Positions 54,468-64,000 of a DNA stretch of 64,000 nucleotides are shown piece after piece; the first letter of the stretch is position 1; each line of letters begins with the position of its first letter. The translations under genes were made by a program, and so were the position numbers. The notes under the pieces were generated by a model. It made no database searches. It was not told the origin of the DNA and worked only from the letters and a program-made list of their open reading frames with translations. Origin of the DNA: Clostridia bacterium (GTDB lineage: Bacteria > Bacillota > Clostridia > Oscillospirales > CAG-272); contig JAFTPV010000013.1 in NCBI GenBank assembly GCA_017463125.1, positions 79,926-143,925 on the forward strand, written 5' to 3'.

Positions 54468-56768
54468 TTACTTTTCAACATAATTGCATATTACGTTATG
54501 CTCGCTTCCCGCAGCGGAAAGAGGAAGAATGCCAACCTCCTTGCCGTCGGCTACAATATACGCGCGATCCGATGCTTTGAAGGTTATATTATAGGTTTCG
54601 CCTCGGAATCTTCTCGTGACGGTAACTCCGGACCAGCCGCGCGGCATAGCGGGAGAGAGCGTCAAACCCTTGTAGGTCGGCTTCACTCCTAGCATATACT
54701 CTGTTATAGCCCTATATATCCAGCCTGCCGTTCCCGTTATCCAGCTCATAGGCGCATAGCCCGCAAGATAGGGGCTGTCGGGACCGATAAGCATATTGGT
54801 AACTGCGTACGGCTCAACACCCGAGTCGGAATTTTTGGGGTTATCTACCGAAATACTCTTAAGAGTTCTGTAAGCTCTCTCTCCCTCACCGAGTATACAG
54901 TCTGCCGCAATCTTGAAGGCAACTCCGTGATTGTATACGCTTCCATTCTCAAAAACGCCCTTGACAAAGTAGGAAACTCTGCCGATGTCCGGATCTCCCT
55001 TAAGGTAGCTCGGGGAGCACTGTGTATATCCCCAATCGCATTTGAGTCTCTTCTCAACCTCTGCCATAGCCGAGAGCATATCCTCTTTTTCGTCCATACC
55101 CGCAAGAACAGACCATGACTGAGGATTTAAGAATATTCTGTCCTCATCGCCTATTCTCGTGCCCTTGTCGTTTATGCCGTAGATATAGTGCTTTCCGTTA
55201 TAGCCGTGAGTCTTTATCGCCTTCTTAAGCTCGTTTTTCTTATCCTCGTAGTAGCCGATAAGCTCCTCGCCCTCGCCTGCTATTCTGAGAATTTCTTGAG
55301 TTTCGTTAATAGCCTTCACTGTAGCGATACTCAGCCAGACGCTCTCGCCCTTATTTTCAAGTCCGACATTGTTCATACTGTCGTTCCAGTCGCCGCCTCG
55401 CCACAAAACGAGGTTGTGCTCTCCTCTAGAGCCAAGCAGGTAATCTATCGCTGCCCTGACGTGCATAAGCACGCTGTCACGGCGCTTGCCTGCCGCGTAC
55501 GGCTCCTCGATGAAGCTGTCCTCAATTGACGCGCGCTCGTAGCTGTCACCTACAAGATACGGAAGCTCAACGTCGAGAATAGACGTATCACCGCTCTCAT
55601 TGAGATAAGAAAGCACCGCGCTGGGAATCCAAGCGCCGCCGTCATTATAAGGATAACGGAAGTTCGGCTCAAACATACGGATTGGGTTACCGTCCTCGTA
55701 CTGATAGGTAAGCGCGTGCATAATTCTCTTCTTTGCAAGGTCTGGGTCAAAGGAAACGAATGCGGTTATATCCTGACAAACATCCCTAAAGCCCTTGCCG
55801 TAAAGTCTGCCCCATGTCTTGCCGAGAGAAACCTGACGCTTGAGCCAAACGTTTATCTGATGGTTCATATAGTCGTCGGGGGTGTTTATTGTTATAACGC
55901 TCGAGGTCTTCTCGCCAATCTCTCGCTGAGTAGCCATTTCGCGCTCAAACGCTCCGTCAGAGAGCAGCTTTGCTCTTATTTCAGCGCACTCATCCTCGTT
56001 TCTTGCCGCAAAGGAGCAGAAATAGTTTTCAAACTCCTCGCCTGCCCCGAGTGTAACGTTAAACTGAAGAGCCGCGATATAATTTGACTCAAAGGTTGTG
56101 CCGTCACAGGCAAGCCTGTCTGTCTCAACGCCTATGGGAGCGTGGTTTCCGCTATAACTGCCGATAAAGCGCTGGGGCGCTACGTCGTAGGCGTCGGGAG
56201 CTTTTACCGTTCCTACGAAAACCTTGGTGTAGTCGTTTGGCAGACGGAAGCCGTCGTGTGAATAAAGAAGGCCGCCGAGTGTGTCTGAATAATCACCCGT
56301 GCCATAGGAGTCGTGACCCGAAAGCGCGGGCTTCGGATAAAGGGAGAAATAGACGCCAAGACGCTTTACGCCCTCGGTAGTATTCTTTACCTTAACCTTA
56401 TAGAGTACTGCGGGGGTTTCCTCGGGAACGAGAAGAGTCAGCTCTGCCGAAATCCCCTTGTACTCCGAGAGGACGGTATGATAACCAAGTCCAACGTGTG
56501 CCTCGTGCTTATCAAAGGGCAGACGGTTATAATTACGGTTTGCCGAATAGTATTCTCCCGAGTCAAGATCCTTTATGTAAAGGTTGCGGTCGCCCGCCTC
56601 GATCTTTCTGCGTTGTGTTCCAATGGACATCCAGGCGTAGCCGTTACCGAACTGGTCGGTTTCGCAAACCGCCTCCTCGTTCCACAGATAGTTGAGAAGA
56701 GGTCTTCTCGGATACATATCCGTTATAACGAATTCTCTTTTCTCACTGTCGAAATATCCGTTTTTCAT
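54468..56768 (-). CDS. GH94-like glycoside phosphorylase (cellobiose/chitobiose phosphorylase family)
   Basis: The N-terminus 'MKNGYFDSEKREFVITDMYPRRPLLNYLWNE' follows the GH94 'GYFDDxxREYVITxPxTPxPWxNYL' pattern. Length 766 aa. Confidence 0.7.
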   Translation of the reverse strand: MKNGYFDSEKREFVITDMYPRRPLLNYLWNEEAVCETDQFGNGYAWMSIGTQRRKIEAGDRNLYIKDLDSGEYYSANRNYNRLPFDKHEAHVGLGYHTVLSEYKGISAELTLLVPEETPAVLYKVKVKNTTEGVKRLGVYFSLYPKPALSGHDSYGTGDYSDTLGGLLYSHDGFRLPNDYTKVFVGTVKAPDAYDVAPQRFIGSYSGNHAPIGVETDRLACDGTTFESNYIAALQFNVTLGAGEEFENYFCSFAARNEDECAEIRAKLLSDGAFEREMATQREIGEKTSSVITINTPDDYMNHQINVWLKRQVSLGKTWGRLYGKGFRDVCQDITAFVSFDPDLAKKRIMHALTYQYEDGNPIRMFEPNFRYPYNDGGAWIPSAVLSYLNESGDTSILDVELPYLVGDSYERASIEDSFIEEPYAAGKRRDSVLMHVRAAIDYLLGSRGEHNLVLWRGGDWNDSMNNVGLENKGESVWLSIATVKAINETQEILRIAGEGEELIGYYEDKKNELKKAIKTHGYNGKHYIYGINDKGTRIGDEDRIFLNPQSWSVLAGMDEKEDMLSAMAEVEKRLKCDWGYTQCSPSYLKGDPDIGRVSYFVKGVFENGSVYNHGVAFKIAADCILGEGERAYRTLKSISVDNPKNSDSGVEPYAVTNMLIGPDSPYLAGYAPMSWITGTAGWIYRAITEYMLGVKPTYKGLTLSPAMPRGWSGVTVTRRFRGETYNITFKASDRAYIVADGKEVGILPLSAAGSEHNVICNYVEK

Positions 56769-56783
56769 AAAATTCCTCCGTTA

Positions 56784-58033
56784 TTACATCACGTTTGACG
56801 TGAAATTTTTATTAAAGTCATTATAATAGGTACTCTCGCTCTCTGCCATAAAGGGAAGTATATCCTCGCAAAGCTCGGGAATGTCGGATATTTTTCCCGA
56901 AGCATAATCCAGAAGTCTTTTCTTGCAGGAGGCTATTCTCGTAATAAGACCGCCGAGCCTATATTCGTGAACCTCAAGTCCAAAAGGCTTATTTTCTTTT
57001 AGCCACTGCTTCTCGAAGGCGCGCATAAAAGCTCTGGTATTTCCTTCTACACGAGTGTATTCCTCTCTTGCAAGCCTTGAAAGCTCGGCGGTATCCCCTG
57101 CCCTGTACGCCTCTCGCGTCTTTACACCCAACTCGTATTTATCTGAAAGAACTCTACAGAGCTTTGCCGCTGTATCAAAAAGATAGCCGTATTTTTTAGT
57201 TTTTTTGCTAACCTTGAAAAGCTCATCGGCATATTTTACGTAAAGACTACCGCCCCCTAACTTGACCGTAGAGTCAAGGAAGCCTAAGAAGCAATCCGAG
57301 TAAAGCATATATTTGCAGGGATGTATATAGGGTCGTCTGACACCTCGGGGTGAGCAATATTGTTAGGCAGGTCAAGGAGCATAAAATCGTCAAAATCAAC
57401 GCCGAAGATTTTCTTAAAGCGCGACTTTATCAAATCTACATCCTCATTCCCTCTCGCAAGCTCGGCGATATAGAATAGAGATGGCAGAACCGCGTATCGC
57501 GAGCATTCGCCACCGTTATCTCACCACATAGTTATTATAACGTTCTCTATCCCGTGTGCTTTTGCCTGCTTTATTGCAGGTATTGAATTTTCAAGGGTGT
57601 GCTGATTAAGCGGCATAAATCCGCCCCACGTCCAAGCGCCGCCCGCAAACCAGGTCTTATCCGAGAGCTGCTCGTGATTTGAGAGCATATCGTCGTAATG
57701 CTCTTCATTGCTGAAATAATAGTCCCAATAAACAGGTATTACGCCCTCGGGCAGCGCCCTTACGTACTCATCGGGAATAGTTGCCTTACCTTTCGTATAA
57801 TAGTCACCGCCGTTCCAAGGACGGAAGAACATATCCGACCATATTATAGGGGTATATCCGTATTTTTTTGCAATCTGATGTACTCTATCAAGATGGCGGC
57901 GCATTATATCGCTTACCTTTTCATAACCGTGTACGTCAAGATGCTTTCCTCTTCCGAGATTGTGCGCCTCGTCCATACCGATATGTATTTTTTTGGTATT
58001 AAAGCAGGCGCCGAGGGTCTTAAAAGTATTCAT
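56784..58033 (-). pseudogene. GH20-like beta-N-acetylhexosaminidase gene disrupted by one nonsense codon and one frameshift
   Basis: 'HIGMDEAHNLGRG' catalytic region. An in-frame TGA at 57523-57521 interrupts '..ITMW*DNGGEC' (family consensus W-G-D). The frame switches near 57300-57330 into the ORF 56784-57308. Confidence 0.7.
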
Positions 58034-58056
58034 ATAAGCACTCCCTGATTAAGTAA

Positions 58057-58173
58057 TATTTTACACCCCAATTTTCTTTTTGTAAATAGTCAAATCCGTC
58101 AATTAGGTGATTTTTTTATCATATTTTACACCCAATTTTAATTTTTGTAAATATGGATTTATCAATTAGGGAA
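58057..58173 (+). repeat. two imperfect direct repeats of about 53 bp in a divergent promoter region (candidate operator sites)
   Basis: ATATTTTACACCCCAATTTTCTTTTTGTAAATAGTCAAATCCGTCAATTAGGTGA (58057-58110) and ATATTTTACACCCAATTTTAATTTTTGTAAATATGGATTTATCAATTAGGGAA (58121-58173). Confidence 0.6.
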
Positions 58174-58511
58174 AATAGTTACTCTTTATGGAAAAGATAG
58201 TTACAAAAAGCCCGGCGCCCCTCGGATAGCGTCGAGCCATATTTTCCGTAACGGTTTGCTGTTTCTTAAATCAGTATATATTAATTATTTAATCTTTTCA
58301 ATCAACAATTTAACATTTCTTTATATTTTTTAGCTTTTATAAGAAAAAGTCGTAGTTAAAAGTCGGAAAAGACCATTGCTGACCTGCTCGTTTTTAATTA
58401 TAATTATTATAGGCAGACTTGTACGAAAAGCTGACTCAATTTATCGACTTTCATATCAAGTTTGTATATAACTTTTATCACAACTATATTTTGTTTTGGA
58501 GGAATACTTAA

Positions 58512-59543
58512 ATGAAGGTAGAAAAACTCGTAGTAGGCGTAATAGGACTTGGAATGGGACACGCACATCTCGGCGCGGCACTCGATTACGGAGCAGAGGT
58601 TGCTCTTGCGTGCGACCCCTTGGAATCAAAGTATGAAAGATGCGAGAAGCTGTATAACTTCCCTCGCGAAAAGTGGATTACCGACTGGAAAGAGATAGTT
58701 AATAATAATGATATAAACGTTGTTATTATAGCAACTCCCGACCAGCTTCACAGAGAGATGATACACGAGTGCCTCGAGGCAGGAAAGCATATTCTCTGCG
58801 AGAAGCCCCTAGCTCTTACAAGAGAAGACATAGAGGCGATAGTCAAGGACGTTGAAGCGCACCCGGAGTGCAAATTTATGATTGGTCAGATATGCCGATT
58901 CACCCCCTCGTTTATGCTTGCAAAGCAGTATATAGAGGAAGGAAGAATGGGCGAGCTTTACTACGTTGAGTCAGAGTATGCCCACGACTATATGCACATG
59001 TTCGATAAGCCCGGCAACTGGAGAGCAGACCCCGTACGTAACGGCGTTGTTGGCGGCGGCTGTCACGCGGTTGACCTTCTCCGCTGGCTCGTAGACGCTG
59101 ATCCCACAGAGGTTTACGCTTATGGAACTCACAAGCTCTTGCCCAAGGTTACATACGATGATGCAAATCTGGCAATAATGAAATTCCCCGGCGACGTAAT
59201 GGGCAAGGTGTTCGTTTCCACCGGCTGTAAGAGAAATTACACGATGAGAACCTGCGTATACGGCACGAAGGGAACTATGATATTCACAAACGGCAAGGAA
59301 CCCGTACAGATATTTGAGATTGACGAGAATGGCAACGCTCCCGCAGAGCCTGTTGAAATAGACGCAACGGTAAATAACCACAACGCCGTAGCGGAATTTA
59401 AGGAGTTTGCAGACTGCCTTGTAAACGATACTCCCGTAGTAACCACAGTCTACGAAGGCGCAAAAACTGTCGAGGTCTGCCTCTCCATCGTAGAATCTGC
59501 AAATACAGGAAAGATTGTAAACCCGAATTACGATTTCACCTAA
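58512..59543 (+). CDS. Gfo/Idh/MocA family oxidoreductase
   Basis: 'VGVIGLGMGHAH' Rossmann motif and 'CEKPLA' motif. Confidence 0.85.
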   Translation: MKVEKLVVGVIGLGMGHAHLGAALDYGAEVALACDPLESKYERCEKLYNFPREKWITDWKEIVNNNDINVVIIATPDQLHREMIHECLEAGKHILCEKPLALTREDIEAIVKDVEAHPECKFMIGQICRFTPSFMLAKQYIEEGRMGELYYVESEYAHDYMHMFDKPGNWRADPVRNGVVGGGCHAVDLLRWLVDADPTEVYAYGTHKLLPKVTYDDANLAIMKFPGDVMGKVFVSTGCKRNYTMRTCVYGTKGTMIFTNGKEPVQIFEIDENGNAPAEPVEIDATVNNHNAVAEFKEFADCLVNDTPVVTTVYEGAKTVEVCLSIVESANTGKIVNPNYDFT

Positions 59544-59587
59544 TTTGGTTATGCGCCAAAACCCAAAAATATAAAGGGGATACGACC

Positions 59588-60493
59588 GTGAAGGATAATG
59601 ATAAAATATTACAATTATCAAAAAATGGCTTCTTAAAGGATAACGAAAATATTCATATACACATGTCTAACGAATATCCGAGCTATGCCGGAGTTTTACA
59701 TTCCTGCAACTTTATGAAGATCAACTATATCATTTCCGGCAAGGCTAGATTTGAATTCGGAAATCAGGTATACGAGGCGCAAAAGGGCGATCTCGTTATG
59801 GTCAATAAGGATATAGCGTACAAGTTCACTGAAATAGAGGATACTGACGAAACGCTTCTTTTCTACGAGCTTATATTCAACGACGGCATCTTAAGAAGAG
59901 AACCGCTGCCAAGCTATCCTTACAGGCTTCTTGAGGGCTCTTTTGCCTTTTACTCTCTTCGTGATAAAGAAAGCCATCCTTTTATATTCTTTAATTTTTC
60001 AAAGACCTCTCACTCTATGTACGGAGAATTTTTCAATAAAATGTATATGGAGTACAGGAGAGCAAAGAGCGGATACAATGACGTTATGATGGCGTATTTG
60101 ACTTTAATTATTATTAACGCCGTCAGGCTTAACGAAACGCTTGGAAACTCTGACGAAAAAATCTACAGGAAGCAGGCTGTGGAGTTTGTTCAGAACTACA
60201 TTAACCGCTGCTTCTGCGATAACAATATTTCAGTAAGAGGTCTTGCGGATCTTGTGTATCTCAACACCGATTATTTAGGCAGGATATTCAAAAAGGATAC
60301 CGGAAAAACCATAAACGAAGCAATTCAGGAAAAGAGGATAGAAAACGTCTGCCGTCTGCTTGCAACCACCGACCGTTCTATAAATGAAATTGCAAACGAA
60401 AGCGGATTTACCGATATGCACTTTTTCTACAAGGTGTTTAAGAACCGCATGGGCGTTCTGCCAAGCGAGTACAGAGAAAGCACGAAGCATTAA
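59588..60493 (+). CDS. AraC-family transcriptional regulator (cupin sensor plus HTH)
   Basis: C-terminal 'INEIANESGFTDMHFFYKVFKNRMGVLPSEYR' is an AraC HTH. The N-terminal region is cupin-like. Confidence 0.85.
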   Translation: MKDNDKILQLSKNGFLKDNENIHIHMSNEYPSYAGVLHSCNFMKINYIISGKARFEFGNQVYEAQKGDLVMVNKDIAYKFTEIEDTDETLLFYELIFNDGILRREPLPSYPYRLLEGSFAFYSLRDKESHPFIFFNFSKTSHSMYGEFFNKMYMEYRRAKSGYNDVMMAYLTLIIINAVRLNETLGNSDEKIYRKQAVEFVQNYINRCFCDNNISVRGLADLVYLNTDYLGRIFKKDTGKTINEAIQEKRIENVCRLLATTDRSINEIANESGFTDMHFFYKVFKNRMGVLPSEYRESTKH

Positions 60494-60749
60494 GAAAAAT
60501 AAAGAGCCTTCCCCAATAAATTATGTTGGGCAAGGCTTTTTTGTTTATTTTTCACAGTATAATTTAATAAAAAGGAAGCAAATTGAACAACTCCCACCAA
60601 GAAAAACACAAAACAAGTCGGAAAATTCCATTGTCGGAAGAGAAATTATTATATATAATTTAAGCAGAAGAGTTGCAAGATTCTTTCTTAAAACCTTTTT
60701 CAGCCCTTTGGTACGTGCTTTTGAAAAAATGAAAAACGGAGGAGAAAAA

Positions 60750-60869
60750 ATGAACAAAGAGAAAAAAGAGTACCAGCCCGCAGAGCTTTTGCTTATCAGA
60801 TTCGATACGTCAGACGTGATTGCAACGTCGTCTACGTACAGAGATCCTGATGAAAACGCCTGGGTCTAA
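60750..60869 (+). CDS. candidate 39-aa small ORF (MNKEKKEYQPAELLLIRFDTSDVIATSSTYRDPDENAWV)
   Basis: Strong SD GGAGGAG at 60738-60744 precedes ATG 60750. It lies just upstream of two paralogous secreted-protein genes and is below the ORF-track cutoff as an independent ORF. Confidence 0.4.
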   Translation: MNKEKKEYQPAELLLIRFDTSDVIATSSTYRDPDENAWV

Positions 60870-60909
60870 TCAAACCATAGCTTCAAAATTTACCGGAAAG
60901 GAAGAAACA

Positions 60910-62436
60910 ATGAAAAACACGAAAAATTTATTGAAAATCATGCTCGTTTCCGCTCTGCTCGTATGTGCAGCAGCGCTAGGCGGAATATCCGCATTTGCAG
61001 AAGCGGACACCACGCTATCAATTACAACCGCTAACGTTGCGTATAACGAAAATACGCATCTCGCGTTTACAATTGAAGGTTCTGTCGCTGACGGTAACGA
61101 GATCGGCCTTGCAGTCTGGGATAAGGACGTTGCCGAGCCAAATGCCGATAACGTTTCATATTACAGCTTTGAAAGCTACACTCTAAAAGGTGTAACGTAC
61201 TATAAGACAGAGGGCATTCCCGCCTCAGAGATGAGCGCTACAATATATGTTGCTCCAGCTACGAGAGCTACGGGAGATGATTCCACAGCTACGGTTGCAG
61301 GCAAAATCATTGATTACAGCATTTATAAGTACGTAAACAGCAGACTCGCTCAGGACGGCTTGACCGACGCACAGCTTAAACTCTATACAAACGTTGTTAC
61401 ATACGGCAACTATGCCGAGAAGATTATTAATAACAGCGTAAACACCCGTATACTTGTCGCAAAGAACGGCTACGCAGGTAAGGGCGCAAAGTACGGCCTT
61501 GCTCTCACCGAGGGTGATACCGCTCTCATCACCGCAAGCACAGTAAACGCAGACGGCGAATATTTCCTATACTGGACTGACGCCGAAGGAAACCAAATCT
61601 ACGACAGAGTTACAAACGTTACTCTTAACGATAACAGCACCGTTTATACCGCAAAATATGGCTCAAAGACTGAATCGGCTTATGCAGGCCGCTTTGATTT
61701 TGACAGTCTGACCGTTGGAGCTCTCGATTTCGGGACACCCTCCACAACGAATGCTCCCACCCTTCATAGCACAGGTATATATTACCACTTCCAAGAGAAG
61801 CTCTTTGCCAACAACAAGCTGAGATTTGCAGCAATATATCAGGTAAACTCCGCTGACGACCCCACTGTCGTTAAAACCACATCTGCCGAGATTAAAGAAG
61901 ATAACGGTGTAAATTACCTCTCATTCGACAAGGCGTTCAGTGGTGTAACCGGCACCGAGGTTGAGTTTAAGAGTTCTGCTACCAACACCGAGCGTATCGA
62001 GGTTGATATGTGCTTTACCAACGTTGACAGCAACGAAGATTTTGCGCTCTATTTCACGTTTAGTGACGGTACCACGTCTAAACGATGCCGCATAAACGCC
62101 CATTATCAGCAGGGCGGTGATTTATATCTGAGAGATTCTACCGATACAAATCCAGAAGCTACTCAAAGATACGCAGGAAATATCGCCTTAGGTGAGAAAT
62201 TCACTCTGACCGCAGAGAGAAACGACAACGGTCTTGTGGTGGTAAAAATAAACGGAGTAGCGATAACAAATGCGTATAACGGTGACTATATGGGCGACGG
62301 TTTCTCCTTAAATACAGAACTTGACACTACCAAAGAAATCTATGGTAATAACTTCAAACTGGAAATTTACTCTTACGCATACCTTGCGGCAGATTTCTAC
62401 ACCGTCAACTTCGTTGACACCGACAAATTTAACTAA
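60910..62436 (+). CDS. secreted protein of unknown function (508 aa, signal peptide)
   Basis: 'MKNTKNLLKIMLVSALLVCAAALGGISAFA' signal peptide, with SD GGAAAGGAAG upstream. The N-terminal half is paralogous to the next ORF. Confidence 0.7.
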   Translation: MKNTKNLLKIMLVSALLVCAAALGGISAFAEADTTLSITTANVAYNENTHLAFTIEGSVADGNEIGLAVWDKDVAEPNADNVSYYSFESYTLKGVTYYKTEGIPASEMSATIYVAPATRATGDDSTATVAGKIIDYSIYKYVNSRLAQDGLTDAQLKLYTNVVTYGNYAEKIINNSVNTRILVAKNGYAGKGAKYGLALTEGDTALITASTVNADGEYFLYWTDAEGNQIYDRVTNVTLNDNSTVYTAKYGSKTESAYAGRFDFDSLTVGALDFGTPSTTNAPTLHSTGIYYHFQEKLFANNKLRFAAIYQVNSADDPTVVKTTSAEIKEDNGVNYLSFDKAFSGVTGTEVEFKSSATNTERIEVDMCFTNVDSNEDFALYFTFSDGTTSKRCRINAHYQQGGDLYLRDSTDTNPEATQRYAGNIALGEKFTLTAERNDNGLVVVKINGVAITNAYNGDYMGDGFSLNTELDTTKEIYGNNFKLEIYSYAYLAADFYTVNFVDTDKFN

Positions 62437-62457
62437 ACCGAGAAAGGAAAGGTAAAA

Positions 62458-64000
62458 ATGATGAAAAATAAGTTTAAGATTATAACCGTTATTCTCTCTT
62501 GCCTGCTCCTTATCGGAGCTGCGGTTGGAATCTTCGTTTCGGCAGAAGGCACCGACCCTTCGGTTTCTATTTACAAAAAGAGTGTCAACTACGACGGCGC
62601 GCTGGGAATCCATTACGCAATTGACGCAAATCTCGCAGAAGGCCAGCAAGTTAAGGTTCTCTTCTCTTACGACGAGATAGCAGTCCCCACAGGAGCTATT
62701 GACGAGAGCGCATACGAGAAGGTTGGCACTATTGCAGCAAATGATGAAATAACTATTAACAATGTAACTTATCCCCTCGTCTACTCTCCCGGAATTGCTC
62801 CCGTTGATATGACGAAGCCGATATACGCTCTTCCTGTCATCGTTGACGCTAGTAACAACGTTGTTGCGACAGGTGATTTAGACAAGTTCTCTATCTTTGA
62901 TTACTGTATGGAACGCTTTAGCGGCACGTCCACACCAGACCAGTACCAGCTTTACAAGGCACTTCTTGCATACGGTGCGTCGGCACAGGAGGTTATGCTC
63001 GAGAGCGGTCTTTACACCGAGGAGCAGCTTAACGAGTACGGATATGCCGATGCTTACTACATTGTAAACGCTACTATAAAGGTTGACGGCGAGGTTGCCT
63101 CTACCGAGAAGGTATGTTACAGAGAGGCTGACGTTACTATCGAGGCTCCCAAGACCTACGGCGGCACAATCTTCGCAGGATTTGAGAATGCGGACGGAGA
63201 AAAGGTCGGCGCTTACGGCAATAATACCGCTTCATCTTGGAATTACTACGACACAACCCTTAAAATCGGTCAGAATAGCTTTACCTACAATTACGCAGGC
63301 GGCAACGTGCAGACGTGGACAGATGCTAACGGAAATGACCTAACACTTACAAGCGAACACACAGCGCCCTACGCTACAGGGTCAAACCTTGCGTTTAACG
63401 AAGTTATAGAAGGAAGAAAATCCCTCTATGTTAATAATGGAGAGTTAGTTCTTGCTACACCAGAGTTTGCAAGCAGAACTGACAGTCACTGGCGTCCCAT
63501 AGAAATAGTTAATCAGAACGAAAGAACCGGTGAAGCTGGAAAAACTTACGTATTCGAGACCGATTTGCAGATTGACTTTGCACCCGAAAATCAGTTGAGC
63601 CAGACAGTTCTCGCAGACTTCGGTATGACTTCCAGAACTGATTACGGCAGCAATGAAACATTCTTCCTCTTCTTAACATTCAACAGAACTTCAACAACCC
63701 AATTCAAAATTCAAAGCATGGACTCCACCAAAGGAGATTGGAGCAACTTGATTACAGGATTGAATTTTGGCGAAAAATACAATCTTCGTATTGAGTACAA
63801 AATAAATTCTATTGGAACCTGTGGTTCGAGTACGGAATCAACAGCAAGAGGAACAGTTAGTATCTATATAAACGGTGAACTCAAAACGACGTATGAGGCA
63901 ACAGGATATTCAGGCAACACAAGTGCAAGCAACAGCCAGTTTGGCGGTGTAGGACTTCTCTCTTGGGATTATAAGGCTACCGGCGCTCACACTTGGTACT
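62458..64000 (+). CDS. secreted protein of unknown function, paralogue of the previous gene; 3' end beyond the window
   Basis: SD AAAGGAAAGG precedes ATG 62458. Signal peptide 'MMKNKFKIITVILSCLLLIGAAVGIFVSA'. My hand translation is open for the first 900 nt or so. The frame is absent from the ORF track, as expected for an ORF with no stop inside the window. Confidence 0.7.
   Translation, partial: MMKNKFKIITVILSCLLLIGAAVGIFVSAEGTDPSVSIYKKSVNYDGALGIHYAIDANLAEGQQVKVLFSYDEIAVPTGAIDESAYEKVGTIAANDEITINNVTYPLVYSPGIAPVDMTKPIYALPVIVDASNNVVATGDLDKFSIFDYCMERFSGTSTPDQYQLYKALLAYGASAQEVMLESGLYTEEQLNEYGYADAYYIVNATIKVDGEVASTEKVCYREADVTIEAPKTYGGTIFAGFENADGEKVGAYGNNTASSWNYYDTTLKIGQNSFTYNYAGGNVQTWTDANGNDLTLTSEHTAPYATGSNLAFNEVIEGRKSLYVNNGELVLATPEFASRTDSHWRPIEIVNQNERTGEAGKTYVFETDLQIDFAPENQLSQTVLADFGMTSRTDYGSNETFFLFLTFNRTSTTQFKIQSMDSTKGDWSNLITGLNFGEKYNLRIEYKINSIGTCGSSTESTARGTVSIYINGELKTTYEATGYSGNTSASNSQFGGVGLLSWDYKATGAHTWY

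Noticed and set aside
57521-57523. The in-frame TGA at a position where the GH20 family has Gly (W-G-D) could suggest TGA-to-Gly recoding or selenocysteine.
   Set aside because: Other genes in the window use TGA as a genuine stop (for example 34179-34181, followed by a terminator, and 3812-3810). The same gene also needs a frameshift. A GGA-to-TGA nonsense mutation in a pseudogene is the simpler reading.
58057-58205. I checked the direct repeats for being a CRISPR array.
   Set aside because: There are only two imperfect copies of about 53 bp plus short 9-mers, all AT-rich, with no regular repeat-spacer periodicity and no cas genes in the window.

Overview
The window looks like Clostridia-type (Firmicutes) chromosome: strong AGGAGG-type Shine-Dalgarno sites, hairpin plus T-tract terminators, and LytTR/DUF3021/ABC and PFL operons. 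It carries a roughly 26-kb, visibly AT-richer genomic island downstream of a tRNA-Pro(GGG) gene.

Core genes on the left are radC (an unusual tandem fusion), trmB, prfC and tRNA-Pro. The island (about 5040-31374) ends at a degenerate copy of the tRNA 3' half and appears nested.

- Outer part: a three-gene cassette with a ComEC-type MBL nuclease.
- Inner part: a roughly 22.9-kb integrative mobilizable element bounded by a 25-bp direct repeat (24/25 identical, 7964-7988 and 30857-30881).
- Backbone of the inner element: two overlapping tyrosine recombinases, relaxase, MobC-like protein, excisionase, wHTH protein, and a 984-aa protein with the cellular-RdRP/YonO-type active-site signature.
- Defence-type cargo: (i) a translationally coupled operon of a double-GHKL histidine kinase, a REC-like 570-aa protein, a Dcm methyltransferase, a peptide deformylase and a PD-(D/E)xK-like protein, which is my best candidate for an undescribed system; (ii) a HEPN-motif protein; (iii) an R-M locus with an HTH-fused C5-MTase, a C-protein, Vsr and two putative nuclease ORFs; (iv) a DUF4238-like gene.

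Right of the island lie a decayed DUF4238 fragment, a CPBP protease, a truncated C1-peptidase-like ORF, an ABC/LytTR/DUF3021 operon and an M16 peptidase. The pyruvate formate-lyase locus follows, with the glycyl-radical domain encoded as a separate 80-aa ORF, then pflA. Further right are REP-like palindromic elements, alaS, pepT, an AEC transporter and an IS200/IS605 copy. The window ends in a glycan-utilisation cluster: EEP, PHP, two Gfo/Idh/MocA oxidoreductases, a GH94-like phosphorylase, a GH20-like pseudogene, an AraC regulator and two paralogous secreted proteins.

No CRISPR array or rRNA was seen. All functional calls rest on motif recognition by eye; no database search was run.
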